Below are positions 1 through 10,132 of a stretch of 64,000 nt of DNA, one piece after another (the stretch's first letter is position 1; every line of letters begins with the position of its first letter). The translations under genes were made by a program, and so were the position numbers. The notes below the pieces were generated by a model that saw only the letters and a list, made by a program, of their open reading frames with translations, did no database searches and was not told the DNA's origin. Source of the DNA: Eubacteriales bacterium (GTDB lineage Bacteria > Bacillota > Clostridia > Oscillospirales > CAG-272); the NCBI GenBank assembly GCA_045120955.1, contig JBGVFH010000071.1:23631-87630 (forward strand), given 5' to 3'.

Positions 1-1
1 C

Positions 2-220
2 GAGGTGCTTGATGTTATACTCAAGAGCAGATACTTTGATTTTCTTGATATGTACGGCATAGGACATATAGTGAGCACGGCGTTTTATTCGCAGACGGAT
101 ACGGATGACTTTGACGATCTTCTCAGCGCCCGTGCGAAGTTTGCGGCAGAAGCGCTTGATATTGCGCTGAGACAGACAGTAGGCACTAATACAAACTCAA
201 ATTCCAATACATCAGAATAA
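2..220 (+). CDS. 3' end of an unidentified CDS (5'-truncated by the window edge)
   Basis: The frame of ORF 5..220 is open from the window start and ends ...TNTNSNSNTSE*. Its stop lies only 36 nt upstream of aspS, so the two are probably co-transcribed. No family recognised. Confidence 0.3.
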   Translation, partial: EVLDVILKSRYFDFLDMYGIGHIVSTAFYSQTDTDDFDDLLSARAKFAAEALDIALRQTVGTNTNSNSNTSE

Positions 221-256
221 AAATGAAATTCCAAAGAAAAGGATAAGGATAAAGAT

Positions 257-2047
257 ATGGCAGAACTTTTTTGTGAAAATGACAGAAGAACAAACTACTG
301 CGGCGAGCTCGATGAGGGCAACATCGGTCAGCACGTAACGGTGCTCGGATGGGTGCAGAGACAGCGTGACCTCGGAGCGCTGATATTTATCGATCTGCGT
401 GACCGCACGGGAATAGTACAGCTTGCCTTTGACGATACCACCGACAGAGACATATTCCAAAAGGCGTTTACGACGAGAAGTGAGTTTGTCGTATGCGCAA
501 AGGGTACGGTCCGTCCCAGAGGGGAGGGTGCCGTCAACCGCACACTTAAAAGCGGCGGCATTGAGATAGCGGTCGATGAGTACAAGGTGCTCAGTGCGGC
601 TCACACAACACCCTTCGAGGTAAATGACGATAACAACGTAAGAGACGAGATATCGCTCAAATACAGATATATCGACCTGCGCCGCCCGAAGCTGCAAAAG
701 AACATCAAGATGCGCCATGATATCGCAAGAATTGCCCGTGAGTATTTTTATGACAACGGCTTTTATGAGATAGAAACTCCCATGATGATAAAGCCTACCC
801 CCGAGGGTGCAAGAGACTATCTCGTTCCGTCGAGAATACACAACGGTAAATTTTATGCACTTCCTCAGTCGCCTCAGATATACAAACAGCTGCTCATGCT
901 TTCGGGCTTTGACAGATATATTCAGATAGCAAGGTGCTTCAGAGATGAGGACCTGCGTGCGGACAGACAGCCTGAGTTTACCCAGATAGACCTTGAGATG
1001 TCATTTGTCACACAGGAAGATATCATGCAGATGATAGAGGGATTTATGCGCCGTGTGTTCAAGGAAACGGTAAACTATGAAGTCCCCGCAAACGTAAAGC
1101 GTCTGACATACGCAGATGCAATGAACAAGTACGGCTCGGATAAGCCGGATACACGCTTCGGTATGGAGATATGCGATATATCCGACATAGTTGCAAACAG
1201 CGGCTTTTCCGTATTTTCGTCGGCTGTGGCTGACGGCGGCTCGGTGCGAGGTATCGTAGCAAAGGGCGGTGCGGCTAAGCTCACGAGAAAAGAGATCGAC
1301 AAGCTCATTGAAAAGGCAAAGGGAATAGGAGCAAAGGGTGTTGCCTACATCCGCTTTACCGAAGAGACACCCACCTGCTCGTTTGGCAAGTATATGGCAG
1401 AGGGCGAGCTTGAGACTATAATGGAGCGTCTCGGCTGTGAGCGTGGAGATGCGGCGTTTATCGTAGCGGATAAAAACCGTGTTACATTGCCTGTTCTCGG
1501 TATGCTCAGACTAACTATAGCAAAGCAGCTTGATATGATACCCGATACATGGGATCTTCTTTGGATAACCGAGTTTCCGTTCTTTGAGTGGAATGAAGAA
1601 ACACAGAATTGGGATGCGATGCACCACCCCTTTACAATGCCGCTTGACGAGTGCCTTGAATATCTCGACACGGACCCCGGAAAGGTGCGTGCAAAGGCTT
1701 ACGACTTGGTGCTTAACGGCGTTGAGCTACTCTCGGGCTCTATCCGCATTACGGACTATGAGCTTCAGGAAAAAATGTTTGACTGCTTAGGTCTGACAAA
1801 AGAGGAGATCGACTCTAAGTTCGGCTTCCTTGTTGATGCATATAAATTCGGTGCACCTCCTCACGGCGGCGCAGGTATAGGACTTGACAGACTTGCAATG
1901 CTGCTGTGCGGTGCAGAGTCTCTGCGTGATGTCATAGCTTTCCCGAAGGTGCAGAACGCAAGCGAGCTTATGTCGGGATGCCCTGCTCCTCAGGAACAGA
2001 AGGCTCTTGATGAACTCGGTATCGCTGTTGTAGCAAGCGAGGAGTAA
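257..2047 (+). CDS. aspS: aspartate--tRNA ligase (AspRS)
   Basis: 596 aa with an N-terminal OB anticodon-binding domain. Class II motifs FRDEDLRADRQPEFTQID and GGAGIGLDRL are present, and the length is typical of bacterial AspRS. Confidence 0.97.
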   Translation: MAELFCENDRRTNYCGELDEGNIGQHVTVLGWVQRQRDLGALIFIDLRDRTGIVQLAFDDTTDRDIFQKAFTTRSEFVVCAKGTVRPRGEGAVNRTLKSGGIEIAVDEYKVLSAAHTTPFEVNDDNNVRDEISLKYRYIDLRRPKLQKNIKMRHDIARIAREYFYDNGFYEIETPMMIKPTPEGARDYLVPSRIHNGKFYALPQSPQIYKQLLMLSGFDRYIQIARCFRDEDLRADRQPEFTQIDLEMSFVTQEDIMQMIEGFMRRVFKETVNYEVPANVKRLTYADAMNKYGSDKPDTRFGMEICDISDIVANSGFSVFSSAVADGGSVRGIVAKGGAAKLTRKEIDKLIEKAKGIGAKGVAYIRFTEETPTCSFGKYMAEGELETIMERLGCERGDAAFIVADKNRVTLPVLGMLRLTIAKQLDMIPDTWDLLWITEFPFFEWNEETQNWDAMHHPFTMPLDECLEYLDTDPGKVRAKAYDLVLNGVELLSGSIRITDYELQEKMFDCLGLTKEEIDSKFGFLVDAYKFGAPPHGGAGIGLDRLAMLLCGAESLRDVIAFPKVQNASELMSGCPAPQEQKALDELGIAVVASEE

Positions 2048-2060
2048 AGAATAATTCACA

Positions 2061-2086
2061 TATAGCCGCACACCCGTGCGGCTATA
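2061..2086 (+). terminator. hairpin after aspS (weak intrinsic terminator candidate)
   Basis: 11-bp stem TATAGCCGCAC/GTGCGGCTATA with a 4-nt loop, 14 nt after the aspS stop. It is followed only by TATTT, a poor T-tract. Confidence 0.35.
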
Positions 2087-2105
2087 TATTTAAGAGACGG
2101 TCAAA

Positions 2106-3020
2106 ATGAAAAACACAACTACACTTGAGCCCTCAGGTGTGCTTGTAGTAAACAAGCACGCAGGGGTAACGAGCCACGATATAGTAAACAAGGTACGACG
2201 CCTTTATAAGACGAAAAGAGTAGGGCACGCAGGAACGCTCGACCCCATGGCGACCGGAGTGTTGGTCGTCCTTGTCGGCAGAGCGGCAAAAGCGAGTGAG
2301 TATGCGCATACATCCGACAAAAGCTACCGTGCTACTCTCAAGCTTGGTCTTGTCAGTGACACAGAGGATATAACAGGGAACTGTGCGCCGACTCATGCTC
2401 CCGTCCCGGATGAGCAGACGGTAATTGATGCCTGTCGCTCCATGCTCGGTAAAAGTATGCAGACCCCTCCCATGTACTCAGCTATAAAACATGGCGGAAA
2501 AAAGCTCTACGAGCTTGCACGTGAGGGTAAGACAGTAGAGCGTGAGGCGAGAGAGATCGAGGTTTATTCTATTGATGCACAGAAAATAACTGATGACGAG
2601 TATGTTATAGATACAAAAGTCTCAAAGGGCACCTATATACGCACACTTTGCACGAATATAGGGGAGAAGTGCGGCTGCGGTGCCGTTATGGCGAGCCTTG
2701 AGAGAACGAACGCAGGCGGCTTTGACATTTCTGAGTCTCACACGCTCGAGGAGCTGGAGACGCTCGAGCTTGATGCGCTGACAGCTCTGCTTTATCCGAC
2801 GGAGAGGCTGTTTTCTCACTATCCGATAGTAACGCTCGGAGATTTTTTCTACAAGCTGTGCTACTCGGGCTGTGAGATATATCAAAAAAAGATAGGCACA
2901 CATTATGATGTCGGTCAGTATGTGCGCCTGTATTCAAAGGACGGTTTTTTTGCCCTTGGTATAGTCAAAGAATACGAAGAGGGAAGTGCCGTCAAGTGCG
3001 ATAAGATATTTGTGCTTTGA
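2106..3020 (+). CDS. truB: tRNA pseudouridine(55) synthase
   Basis: 304 aa with the TruB catalytic motif HAGTLDPMATGVLVV and a PUA-like C-terminus. Confidence 0.95.
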   Translation: MKNTTTLEPSGVLVVNKHAGVTSHDIVNKVRRLYKTKRVGHAGTLDPMATGVLVVLVGRAAKASEYAHTSDKSYRATLKLGLVSDTEDITGNCAPTHAPVPDEQTVIDACRSMLGKSMQTPPMYSAIKHGGKKLYELAREGKTVEREAREIEVYSIDAQKITDDEYVIDTKVSKGTYIRTLCTNIGEKCGCGAVMASLERTNAGGFDISESHTLEELETLELDALTALLYPTERLFSHYPIVTLGDFFYKLCYSGCEIYQKKIGTHYDVGQYVRLYSKDGFFALGIVKEYEEGSAVKCDKIFVL

Positions 3021-3113
3021 GCGCTGCGGCAGACCCAACAGCGGTGTTGCTCGTGGGTGCCATGGCGGGACCATGGTGCTACTCGGGCGAGCACACAATA
3101 AGGAAACAAGCTA

Positions 3114-3908
3114 ATGCAAATAAAACATGAAAACGGTGTGGTCTACTACACAAGCGATAAAATAAAAGTTCCCCATGCTTTTGCAACAAGACTCGGCGGC
3201 GTAAGCAAAGCACCGCATACCTCCACACTTAACCTCGCCTACGGCAGAGGGGACGATGAGGAAACTATAAAGGCGAATTTGCGCCGTTTTGCCGAGGCTG
3301 TCGGCTTTGCTCCCGAGAGCGTTTGCTCTCTGCCGCAGATACATTCAAGCAAGGTAATATATGTGAGCCGTGATATGTGCGGACAAGGATATTTTACTCC
3401 GCCGAGCACCCAATGCGACGGCTACGTTACGCACGAGCGTGGTGTTACTTTGGGAGTAAAGACAGCCGACTGCGTGCCGATACTGCTCGCAGATGAAAAG
3501 AACGGAGTGATAGCCGCACTTCATGCCGGTTGGCGCGGAACTTTTTCTGATATATGTGGGGAAGGCGTACGGCAAATGTGCGTGCATGGAGCGAAAAAAG
3601 AGAGTATCGTGGCGGTGATAGGTCCGTCAATATGCAAAAAATGTTATGAAGTGGGGCGAGATGTCTACGATGCCGCAATATCATGCATAGGCGAGGATGC
3701 GCTGCGCTTTTTTGAAGAAAAGAGCGAGTCGGGCAAGTATCTCGTCGATATAAAAGGAGCTAACCGATACCTTCTCGAGCGTGCGGGCGTGAATTGCCGG
3801 AACATAGAAATACTCCCTTTATGCACATATGAGCATCCGGAGCTTTTCTGGTCTCACAGATATACAAAAGGAGAGCGAGGCACGATGATGAGTGTGATAA
3901 CGCTGTAA
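3114..3908 (+). CDS. pgeF: peptidoglycan editing factor PgeF / YfiH (DUF152, laccase-domain) family protein
   Basis: 264 aa with family motifs TADCVPILL, ALHAGWRG and a C-terminal CTYEHPELFWSHR. Confidence 0.85.
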   Translation: MQIKHENGVVYYTSDKIKVPHAFATRLGGVSKAPHTSTLNLAYGRGDDEETIKANLRRFAEAVGFAPESVCSLPQIHSSKVIYVSRDMCGQGYFTPPSTQCDGYVTHERGVTLGVKTADCVPILLADEKNGVIAALHAGWRGTFSDICGEGVRQMCVHGAKKESIVAVIGPSICKKCYEVGRDVYDAAISCIGEDALRFFEEKSESGKYLVDIKGANRYLLERAGVNCRNIEILPLCTYEHPELFWSHRYTKGERGTMMSVITL

Positions 3909-3920
3909 AGGAGTAACAAA

Positions 3921-4532
3921 ATGGACATTCACGAAAAAATGCACAACGGTATGCTTTATAATGACCAAGGAGACCCCGATCTGCTTGCTGAGCAGAGAGC
4001 CTGCCTTGAAAAGCTATACGATTTTAACGCAACTCGCCCCTCCGAGCAGGAAAAACGCAGACAACTGCTCTGTGAAATGTTTGCCGAGCTAGGCGAGGGA
4101 TGCTATATAGAGCCTCCGCTTCACGCAAATTGGGGCGGAAGACACGTACATTTCGGAAGAAATGTGTATGCAAATTTCAGCCTTACCTTAGTGGATGATA
4201 CGCATATATATGTAGGGGACAATACACTCATAGGACCGAACGTCACCATAGCCACCGCAGGTCACCCCGTAGACCCTGAATTACGTGCTATACCCACACA
4301 GTTTAATATGCCCGTACATATAGGCAAAAACTGTTGGATCGGTGCAGGAGCTGTAATTTTACCCGGTGTCAGTATCGGAGATAATACCGTCATAGGTGCG
4401 GGCAGTATCGTCACAAAGGACATCCCCTCAAATGTTGTAGCTGTAGGCAATCCTTGCCGTGTCCTTCGTGAGATCGGCGAGCACGACAAAAAATACTATT
4501 ACCGCAACCGTTCGGTAGAGGGGAATATATGA
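3921..4532 (+). CDS. maa: maltose/galactoside O-acetyltransferase (hexapeptide-repeat acyltransferase)
   Basis: 203 aa with an N-terminal Mac domain (MHNGMLYN...) followed by left-handed beta-helix hexapeptide repeats (IGKNCWIGAGAVILPGVSIGDNTVIGAGSIV). Confidence 0.8.
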   Translation: MDIHEKMHNGMLYNDQGDPDLLAEQRACLEKLYDFNATRPSEQEKRRQLLCEMFAELGEGCYIEPPLHANWGGRHVHFGRNVYANFSLTLVDDTHIYVGDNTLIGPNVTIATAGHPVDPELRAIPTQFNMPVHIGKNCWIGAGAVILPGVSIGDNTVIGAGSIVTKDIPSNVVAVGNPCRVLREIGEHDKKYYYRNRSVEGNI

Positions 4533-4655
4533 TGGGAATGTCGGCAAGTCACTATGTTTTGCTCTTAATACATTGCAGTGTTTGCACGTATGTGCGCCGT
4601 CCTTTGTAATGGATGCCGCAGGCGAATTTTGCAACGCTTTTAAAACTATAAAACG

Positions 4656-4694
4656 AAATATGCCGTGCTCCTTTTTTGGGAGCACGGCATATTT
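4656..4694. terminator. intrinsic terminator between convergent maa and pck
   Basis: Perfect arms AAATATGCCGTGCTCC / GGAGCACGGCATATTT around a T6 loop. T-rich sequence follows on the minus strand (the pck side). Confidence 0.75.
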
Positions 4695-4703
4695 TAATAA
4701 AAC

Positions 4704-6485
4704 TTATTTAGAAAGTCTTGCTTCAAGTGCGGAGAGCTCTTCGTAAAGCTCAGCGGGAACTCTGTCACCTACGAGTGAGTAGAATTCCTTGATATTTGCA
4801 ATATCCTCGAGCCATGACTTGTTGTCTACTGTGAGAAGCTCACGGATAGTGTCAACCGTGATACCGTCAAGACCGTCGATGTCAATGTCCTCAGCCTTCG
4901 GAACAAAGCCGATAGGAGTCTCAACTGCGTCAACCTTGCCTTCGCATCTGTCAAGGATCCAGAGAAGAACACGCATATTGTCACCGAATCCGGGCCAGAT
5001 GAAGTTGCCTTCATCGTCGGTACGGAACCAGTTAACGTGGAAGATCTTGGGAGCGTTCGGGATAGAAGCCTCCATGTTGAGCCAATGCTTCCAATAGTCA
5101 CCCATGTTGTAACCTACGAACGGACGCATTGCCATCGGGTCACGGCGAACAACACCTACTGCGCCTGTAGCTGCAGCTGTTGTCTCAGAAGCCATGATAG
5201 AGCCGACAAACGTACCGTTTCTCCAGCTTGTTGACTGGTAAACAAGGGGAGCGGTCTTAGCACGGCGTCCGCCGAAGATGATAGCTGATACGGGAACACC
5301 TGTGAGTGAGTTGAATTCGGAAGAGATGCAGGGGCAGTTGATAGCCTTAGCTGTGAAACGAGAGTTGGGATGAGCGCCGCAAGTGCTCTTGTCAGCCTTG
5401 TTGTACTTAGTGTAATCCCAAGGATTGCCCTTCCAGTCGATAGCGTTTGCGGGAGGATTCTTGTCAAGACCTTCCCACCAAACTGTGTTGTTCTCTGTGT
5501 TATGAACAACGTTTGTAAAGATAGTGTCCTTCTGGCAGGTGTGAAGTGCGTTGGGGTTTGACTTTTCGTTTGTACCGGGAGCAACACCGAAGAAACCGTT
5601 TTCGGGGTTTACAGCCCACAGTCTGCCGTCCTTGCCGACACGAAGCCATGCGATGTCGTCACCTACGCACCATACCTTGTATCCGAGGTCTCTGTACTTT
5701 TTCGGAGGAATGAGCATTGCGAGGTTTGTCTTTCCGCAAGCAGAGGGGAAAGCAGCCGTAACATACTTGATATCGCCGTTAGGATATTCAACGCCGAGGA
5801 TGAGCATATGCTCAGCCATCCAGCCTTCCTTGCGGCCGAGGTAAGAAGCGATACGGAGAGCAAAGCACTTCTTTCCGAGAAGAACGTTTCCGCCGTAACC
5901 GGAGTTAACGCTCCAGATGGTGTTGTCTTCGGGGAAGTGGCAGATATATCTGTTCTCTTCATCGAGCTGTGCCTTTGCATGAAGACCCTTGATGAAGTTG
6001 TCGGAGTCGCCGAGAGCTTCGAGTACGTTTGTACCTACGCGAGTCATGATGAGCATGTTGAGTACAACATAGATAGAGTCGGTAAGCTCAATACCGTATT
6101 TAGCAAAATCAGAGCCTACAACGCCCATGGAGTAGGGAATAACATACATTGTTTTGCCCTTCATGGAGCCCTTGTGAAGCTTTGAAAGCTTTTCGTAGCA
6201 TTCCTTGGGGTCCATCCAGTTGTTGATGTTGCCTGCATCCTCTTTTTTGGAAGTGCAGATGAATGTTCTGCCCTCAACTCTTGCTACGTCGTTTACGGCT
6301 GTTCTGTGAAGGTAACAGCCGGGAAGAAGATCCTGGTTGAGCTTTATCATTTCGCCTGTTGAACAAGCCTCTGCGCGAAGCGCCTCAGCCTGCTCTTCGC
6401 TTCCGTCTATCCAGACGATTTTTTCGGGTTGTGTCATGGCCGACATTTCGTCGATCCATGCTTTGACAAACTTGTTTTCTGTCAT
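4704..6485 (-). CDS. pckG: phosphoenolpyruvate carboxykinase (GTP)
   Basis: 593 aa GTP-type PEPCK with the kinase-1a loop FPSACGKTNLAML and conserved WMAEHMLILG and NWFR motifs. Confidence 0.95.
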   Translation of the reverse strand: MTENKFVKAWIDEMSAMTQPEKIVWIDGSEEQAEALRAEACSTGEMIKLNQDLLPGCYLHRTAVNDVARVEGRTFICTSKKEDAGNINNWMDPKECYEKLSKLHKGSMKGKTMYVIPYSMGVVGSDFAKYGIELTDSIYVVLNMLIMTRVGTNVLEALGDSDNFIKGLHAKAQLDEENRYICHFPEDNTIWSVNSGYGGNVLLGKKCFALRIASYLGRKEGWMAEHMLILGVEYPNGDIKYVTAAFPSACGKTNLAMLIPPKKYRDLGYKVWCVGDDIAWLRVGKDGRLWAVNPENGFFGVAPGTNEKSNPNALHTCQKDTIFTNVVHNTENNTVWWEGLDKNPPANAIDWKGNPWDYTKYNKADKSTCGAHPNSRFTAKAINCPCISSEFNSLTGVPVSAIIFGGRRAKTAPLVYQSTSWRNGTFVGSIMASETTAAATGAVGVVRRDPMAMRPFVGYNMGDYWKHWLNMEASIPNAPKIFHVNWFRTDDEGNFIWPGFGDNMRVLLWILDRCEGKVDAVETPIGFVPKAEDIDIDGLDGITVDTIRELLTVDNKSWLEDIANIKEFYSLVGDRVPAELYEELSALEARLSK

Positions 6486-6629
6486 GTTTGGTACCTCCGG
6501 GTTGTTTTTGTTTATTTATTTTTTAAAAAACTAACTGTTGGCTCTGATATGATTTTTGCAATCTGCAGAGCAGGAAAAGCAAACAAAAAATGCAAATTTC
6601 TTTTCGCAGTTCAACTTTCCCCAAATGTC

Positions 6630-6658
6630 ATTATACTATCGTTTTGTCAAATTTGCAA
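6630..6658 (-). promoter_or_regulatory. candidate sigma-A promoter of pck
   Basis: The minus strand reads TTGCAA - 17 nt - TATAAT, about 140 nt upstream of the pck start. Confidence 0.5.
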
Positions 6659-6774
6659 GATGTTTTTTTGAAAAATTCAAACTTTAATAAAAATTTAACG
6701 AAATTTTCATAAAACAGCTCAGCAAAAATAAAAATATGTTCTTTTGTGAGAAATCATGCGAAAAAATTCTGCCC

Positions 6775-6816
6775 CCGCAAAAAAGAGCATCCCTGTCGTT
6801 TTGATAACAGAGATGC
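6775..6816 (-). terminator. intrinsic terminator after the 163-aa membrane protein gene
   Basis: The minus strand reads GCATCTCTGT...ACAGGGATGC (9 of 10 bp) followed by TTTTTT. Confidence 0.6.
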
Positions 6817-6830
6817 CCTGAAAATCCGTT

Positions 6831-7322
6831 TTATTCCTCCGCTGAGCTTTGTGCTTGATTTGCCGATTTTTCCTTTTCTTTGAGCTTTTTGCTTCTTTCG
6901 CTTGCCGCTGTGATGCTTTTTGCCAAAGCAGAAAATGCCCTGCGCAATACGTAAGCAAGAAGTACAAACACAGCGTAAATAAGGCAAAATACGACCATTA
7001 CGGAAAATCTGCCGCTCCCGCTCTGACCAAGTCCGAATACTCTCAGAAAGATTATGTAGAATGCCGCCATGACTCCGATAAAATGTATCGGCAGACGTGC
7101 GGCAAGCGGAATTTTCTTTGCTGTGAGAAGATTGTTGAGTGCTCCCGTAATAAAGGAAAAGAGCAGTATCCACGGATAATTTGAGAGCGGTATTGACTTT
7201 GTCTGAGTGAGATTTTCTCCGTCTACAAACACCGAAAGCGCTCCCATGAGCACGAACACCGTGAGCGTGAAAACGAGCGCCGTTGAATAAACGATCTTTT
7301 TTGTGATATCAAAAATTTTCAT
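6831..7322 (-). CDS. hypothetical integral membrane protein (4 predicted TM helices, Lys/Glu-rich tail)
   Basis: 163-aa ORF with hydrophobic helices and its own promoter and terminator. No family assigned with confidence. Confidence 0.6.
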   Translation of the reverse strand: MKIFDITKKIVYSTALVFTLTVFVLMGALSVFVDGENLTQTKSIPLSNYPWILLFSFITGALNNLLTAKKIPLAARLPIHFIGVMAAFYIIFLRVFGLGQSGSGRFSVMVVFCLIYAVFVLLAYVLRRAFSALAKSITAASERSKKLKEKEKSANQAQSSAEE

Positions 7323-7359
7323 ATATATCCTCGCATATAATAAAACACTTTATTTTTTA

Positions 7360-7388
7360 ATAATATCACACAAAGACATTTTTTGCAA
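7360..7388 (-). promoter_or_regulatory. candidate sigma-A promoter of the 163-aa membrane protein gene
   Basis: The minus strand reads TTGCAA - 17 nt - TATTAT, about 40 nt upstream of ATG 7322. Confidence 0.4.
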
Positions 7389-7456
7389 GGCAATATGATA
7401 ATTTTTACAAACATGATATACAATGCTGCCGTTGATGCATAAAAAGCAAGTCTCTG

Positions 7457-8482
7457 TCAGTCGGGAGAATTGTTCGGTGTGATGGTACGCTTTGAATATT
7501 TTTCGTTGCTTTTTGAGTACACCTCTGCTTTGTTTTTTGACAAAAAGGCTGTGAGGGCATACATATCCAGCCAAATCTGATTTGTGCCGTCCTTTTGCGA
7601 CTCGTCGAATATTATCTGAAGTCCGAAGTGAAGATGCGGTGTGTCAATGTTGTTCGTGTCCTCTTTTGCGCTGTAGCCTGTCATGCCGAGATATCCTATC
7701 ACTTCACCCGCATCGACTGTTTTGCCGACGTACATATCGTTGTACGGATGTCCCTTTCTCATGTGGGCATAATACCAATATCTTTTGTTGTCAAACGAGC
7801 GTATGCCGACCCTCCAGCCCCCGTACTGATTCCAACCGCAAGCCACGACCGTACCTGCTTCTACAGCCACGATCGGAGTGCCTACCGAGCCGAGCAGGTC
7901 ATGACCGAGATGTTTTCGCTTGTACCCGTATGATCTGCTGTTGCCGAAATCATCGTAGTGGCGGTAGTAATATCCCGACGCTATGGGAGAAAAGAGCATC
8001 AGTCCGTATTTTTGCTCCTCGTTTGCAAGGGTGCCGTCATCGTTGTAGCTCCACTCCTTGTGATCCCCGACAAAGCCGCCGAAAATGGCTTGATATACCT
8101 CCTTGTAATACGAAAGCAGCTTTGCGTTTTTACATATGTCCTGTTCGCTTTCGCCGTTTTGCAGTCTGGTGCAGAGCTTTTCTATATCGCCTTTTTTGTA
8201 GTTTTCATAGTTTCCGCCTTTTACGGCAGAGTAAAGCGACAGCAGCCGCACGAGCGTGATACTGCCGTCAGAGTCGTTTTTGTTTTTTATATCCAGCTTG
8301 AGTGCTTCTTCCATAGCCTCGTCGCATACCGTCAGCTCCGCCCATTTTATATAATCCTTTTTTTGCTCCTCCCCCTCGCTTTCGCTTGCGTCGGCAAAGA
8401 TATTGCTGCGGTCGAAAGCCAACGCACACGCAATACACAAAAGCAGTAGAGAAGCGGTAATTTTTAAAATTTTGTTTTTCAA
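7457..8482 (-). CDS. secreted M23 family metallopeptidase (peptidoglycan DD-endopeptidase-like)
   Basis: M23 motifs HLGHDLLGSVGTPIVAVEAGTV and PHLHFGL. The start is moved from ATG 8557 to TTG 8482. That TTG is preceded by GAGGTG at 8-nt spacing and gives a signal peptide, MKNKILKITASLLLLCIACALA. Confidence 0.85.
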   Translation of the reverse strand: MKNKILKITASLLLLCIACALAFDRSNIFADASESEGEEQKKDYIKWAELTVCDEAMEEALKLDIKNKNDSDGSITLVRLLSLYSAVKGGNYENYKKGDIEKLCTRLQNGESEQDICKNAKLLSYYKEVYQAIFGGFVGDHKEWSYNDDGTLANEEQKYGLMLFSPIASGYYYRHYDDFGNSRSYGYKRKHLGHDLLGSVGTPIVAVEAGTVVACGWNQYGGWRVGIRSFDNKRYWYYAHMRKGHPYNDMYVGKTVDAGEVIGYLGMTGYSAKEDTNNIDTPHLHFGLQIIFDESQKDGTNQIWLDMYALTAFLSKNKAEVYSKSNEKYSKRTITPNNSPD

Positions 8483-8592
8483 GTTGTGAGCACCTCGTAC
8501 GTATTTTTGTTTTTGAGTTTTTGCTCTTTTATATTTTGTGCACGCCGTGTTTTGCATATTCTTTTAAATCGTTATCGTACAGCAAAATAAAG

Positions 8593-8621
8593 TTGACAAT
8601 TACGGAAATATTATATATAAT
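8593..8621 (+). promoter_or_regulatory. candidate sigma-A promoter of the nusB...recN gene block
   Basis: TTGACA (8593-8598) - 17 nt - TATAAT (8616-8621). Confidence 0.55.
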
Positions 8622-8723
8622 AATATAGTTAGATAAAATAGCATAACTTTGCAATTTTTAAAAAAGCAAATGTTCAAAAATGACAGCGTATGAAAGGAGC
8701 CGCATAGGCGGCAGGAGAAGAAA

Positions 8724-9131
8724 ATGCTTAACAGACGTGAATCGAGAGAAGCGGTATTTTGCATGGTATATGAGCTTGATTTTAACAAGGAGTGCGATAT
8801 TGACACTCTCTTTGAAAATGCAATAGAAGAACGCTCTATTGAGAATAACGGTTACATAAAGGAGACTTTTTACGGTGTAGCGGGCAAGCTTGGCGAGATC
8901 GACGAAATGATAAAAAACAAGAGTGAGGGCTGGAACATCGATCGTATATCAAAGGTCAGTATGGCGGCGATGCGCCTGTGCACATATGAGATCATGTACA
9001 CGGACATTCCCTATAACATTGCGATAAACGAGGCACTTGAAATAGTGAAAAAGTTTGACGATGTAAAGGCAAAGGGCTTCGTAAACGGAATACTCAACTC
9101 TGTTGCACAAGAGCTTGGAAAAAATGAATAA
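8724..9131 (+). CDS. nusB: transcription antitermination factor NusB
   Basis: 135 aa of NusB fold and length, with the ...INEALEIVKKF...FVNGILN... motif region. It lies at the head of the conserved nusB-xseA block. Confidence 0.9.
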   Translation: MLNRRESREAVFCMVYELDFNKECDIDTLFENAIEERSIENNGYIKETFYGVAGKLGEIDEMIKNKSEGWNIDRISKVSMAAMRLCTYEIMYTDIPYNIAINEALEIVKKFDDVKAKGFVNGILNSVAQELGKNE

Positions 9132-10095
9132 AAACAAGATCGTGCTCGGAATAGACACCAGCAACTACACAACGTCTCTTTGCGTGACGGGAACAGACGG
9201 CAAGGTGCAAAAGAACATCAAGCTGCCGCTCGCGGTAAAGGAGGGCGAGGTGGGACTTCGCCAGTCTGATGCGGTGTTTTCTCATACGAAAAATCTTCCG
9301 TCGGCATTTCTTTTGGCAGACGGACTTATCAAAGACTCGGAGCTTGTTGCGGTTGGTGTGAGCGAACGCCCGAGAGATGTTGCGGGCTCGTATATGCCGT
9401 GCTTTTTGTGCGGTGTTGCCGCCGCCACGGCGATAAGCGAGAGTACGGGGGTAGCTCTGTATACCTGCTCTCATCAGGCGGGGCATGTTGCGGCGGCAAT
9501 GTATTCGTCCGGTATGCTCCAAAAATATGACGGAGGGCGATTTATCGCTTTTCATGTGTCGGGCGGAACTACAGAGATGCTGCTGTGTCAAAAGAGTACA
9601 GAAGGGATATCTGCAGAGATCATCGGACAGACAAAGGACCTCAACGCAGGTCAAGCGGTAGACAGATGCGGTGTCATGCTGAATATGAAGTTTCCCTGCG
9701 GTCCGTCTCTTGAACGCTCGGCGCTCGAGTTTTATGAAAGGGGCGGAGCGCTCTCCGGCTTCGGCGTGAGCGTAAAAGACTGCGACTGCTGTTTGTCGGG
9801 CGTGGAAAATCTCGCACGCAAGGCGTATGCAGACACCTCGGATGCGGGGTACGTTTCGGCGTTTGTGCTTGAATATATCGCAAAAACACTTGTAAAAATG
9901 AGCGAGGCGGCACAGAGAAAATACGGGGAGATGCCGATGCTTTACGCAGGGGGCGTTATGAGCAACAGCATAATAAAAGAAAGAATACGGCGAAAGTACC
10001 CCTGCGCATATTTTGCCGCTCCCGAGTTTTCCTCGGACAATGCGGCGGGAGTTTCGCTGCTTGCGCTCGAAAAATATCTGAGTGATAATATTTGA
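9124..10095 (+). CDS. TsaD/Kae1 (peptidase M22, ASKHA-fold) family paralogue
   Basis: N-terminus VLGIDTSNYTTSL (ASKHA phosphate-1 motif) and a TsaD-like metal site SHQAGHV. The start is taken at ATG 9124 (MNKNKIVLG), overlapping the nusB stop by 8 nt. Confidence 0.6.
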   Translation: MNKNKIVLGIDTSNYTTSLCVTGTDGKVQKNIKLPLAVKEGEVGLRQSDAVFSHTKNLPSAFLLADGLIKDSELVAVGVSERPRDVAGSYMPCFLCGVAAATAISESTGVALYTCSHQAGHVAAAMYSSGMLQKYDGGRFIAFHVSGGTTEMLLCQKSTEGISAEIIGQTKDLNAGQAVDRCGVMLNMKFPCGPSLERSALEFYERGGALSGFGVSVKDCDCCLSGVENLARKAYADTSDAGYVSAFVLEYIAKTLVKMSEAAQRKYGEMPMLYAGGVMSNSIIKERIRRKYPCAYFAAPEFSSDNAAGVSLLALEKYLSDNI

Positions 10096-10132
10096 GTGCG
10101 GAGAAAAATAAGAACAGAGAGCGGGTGATGGC

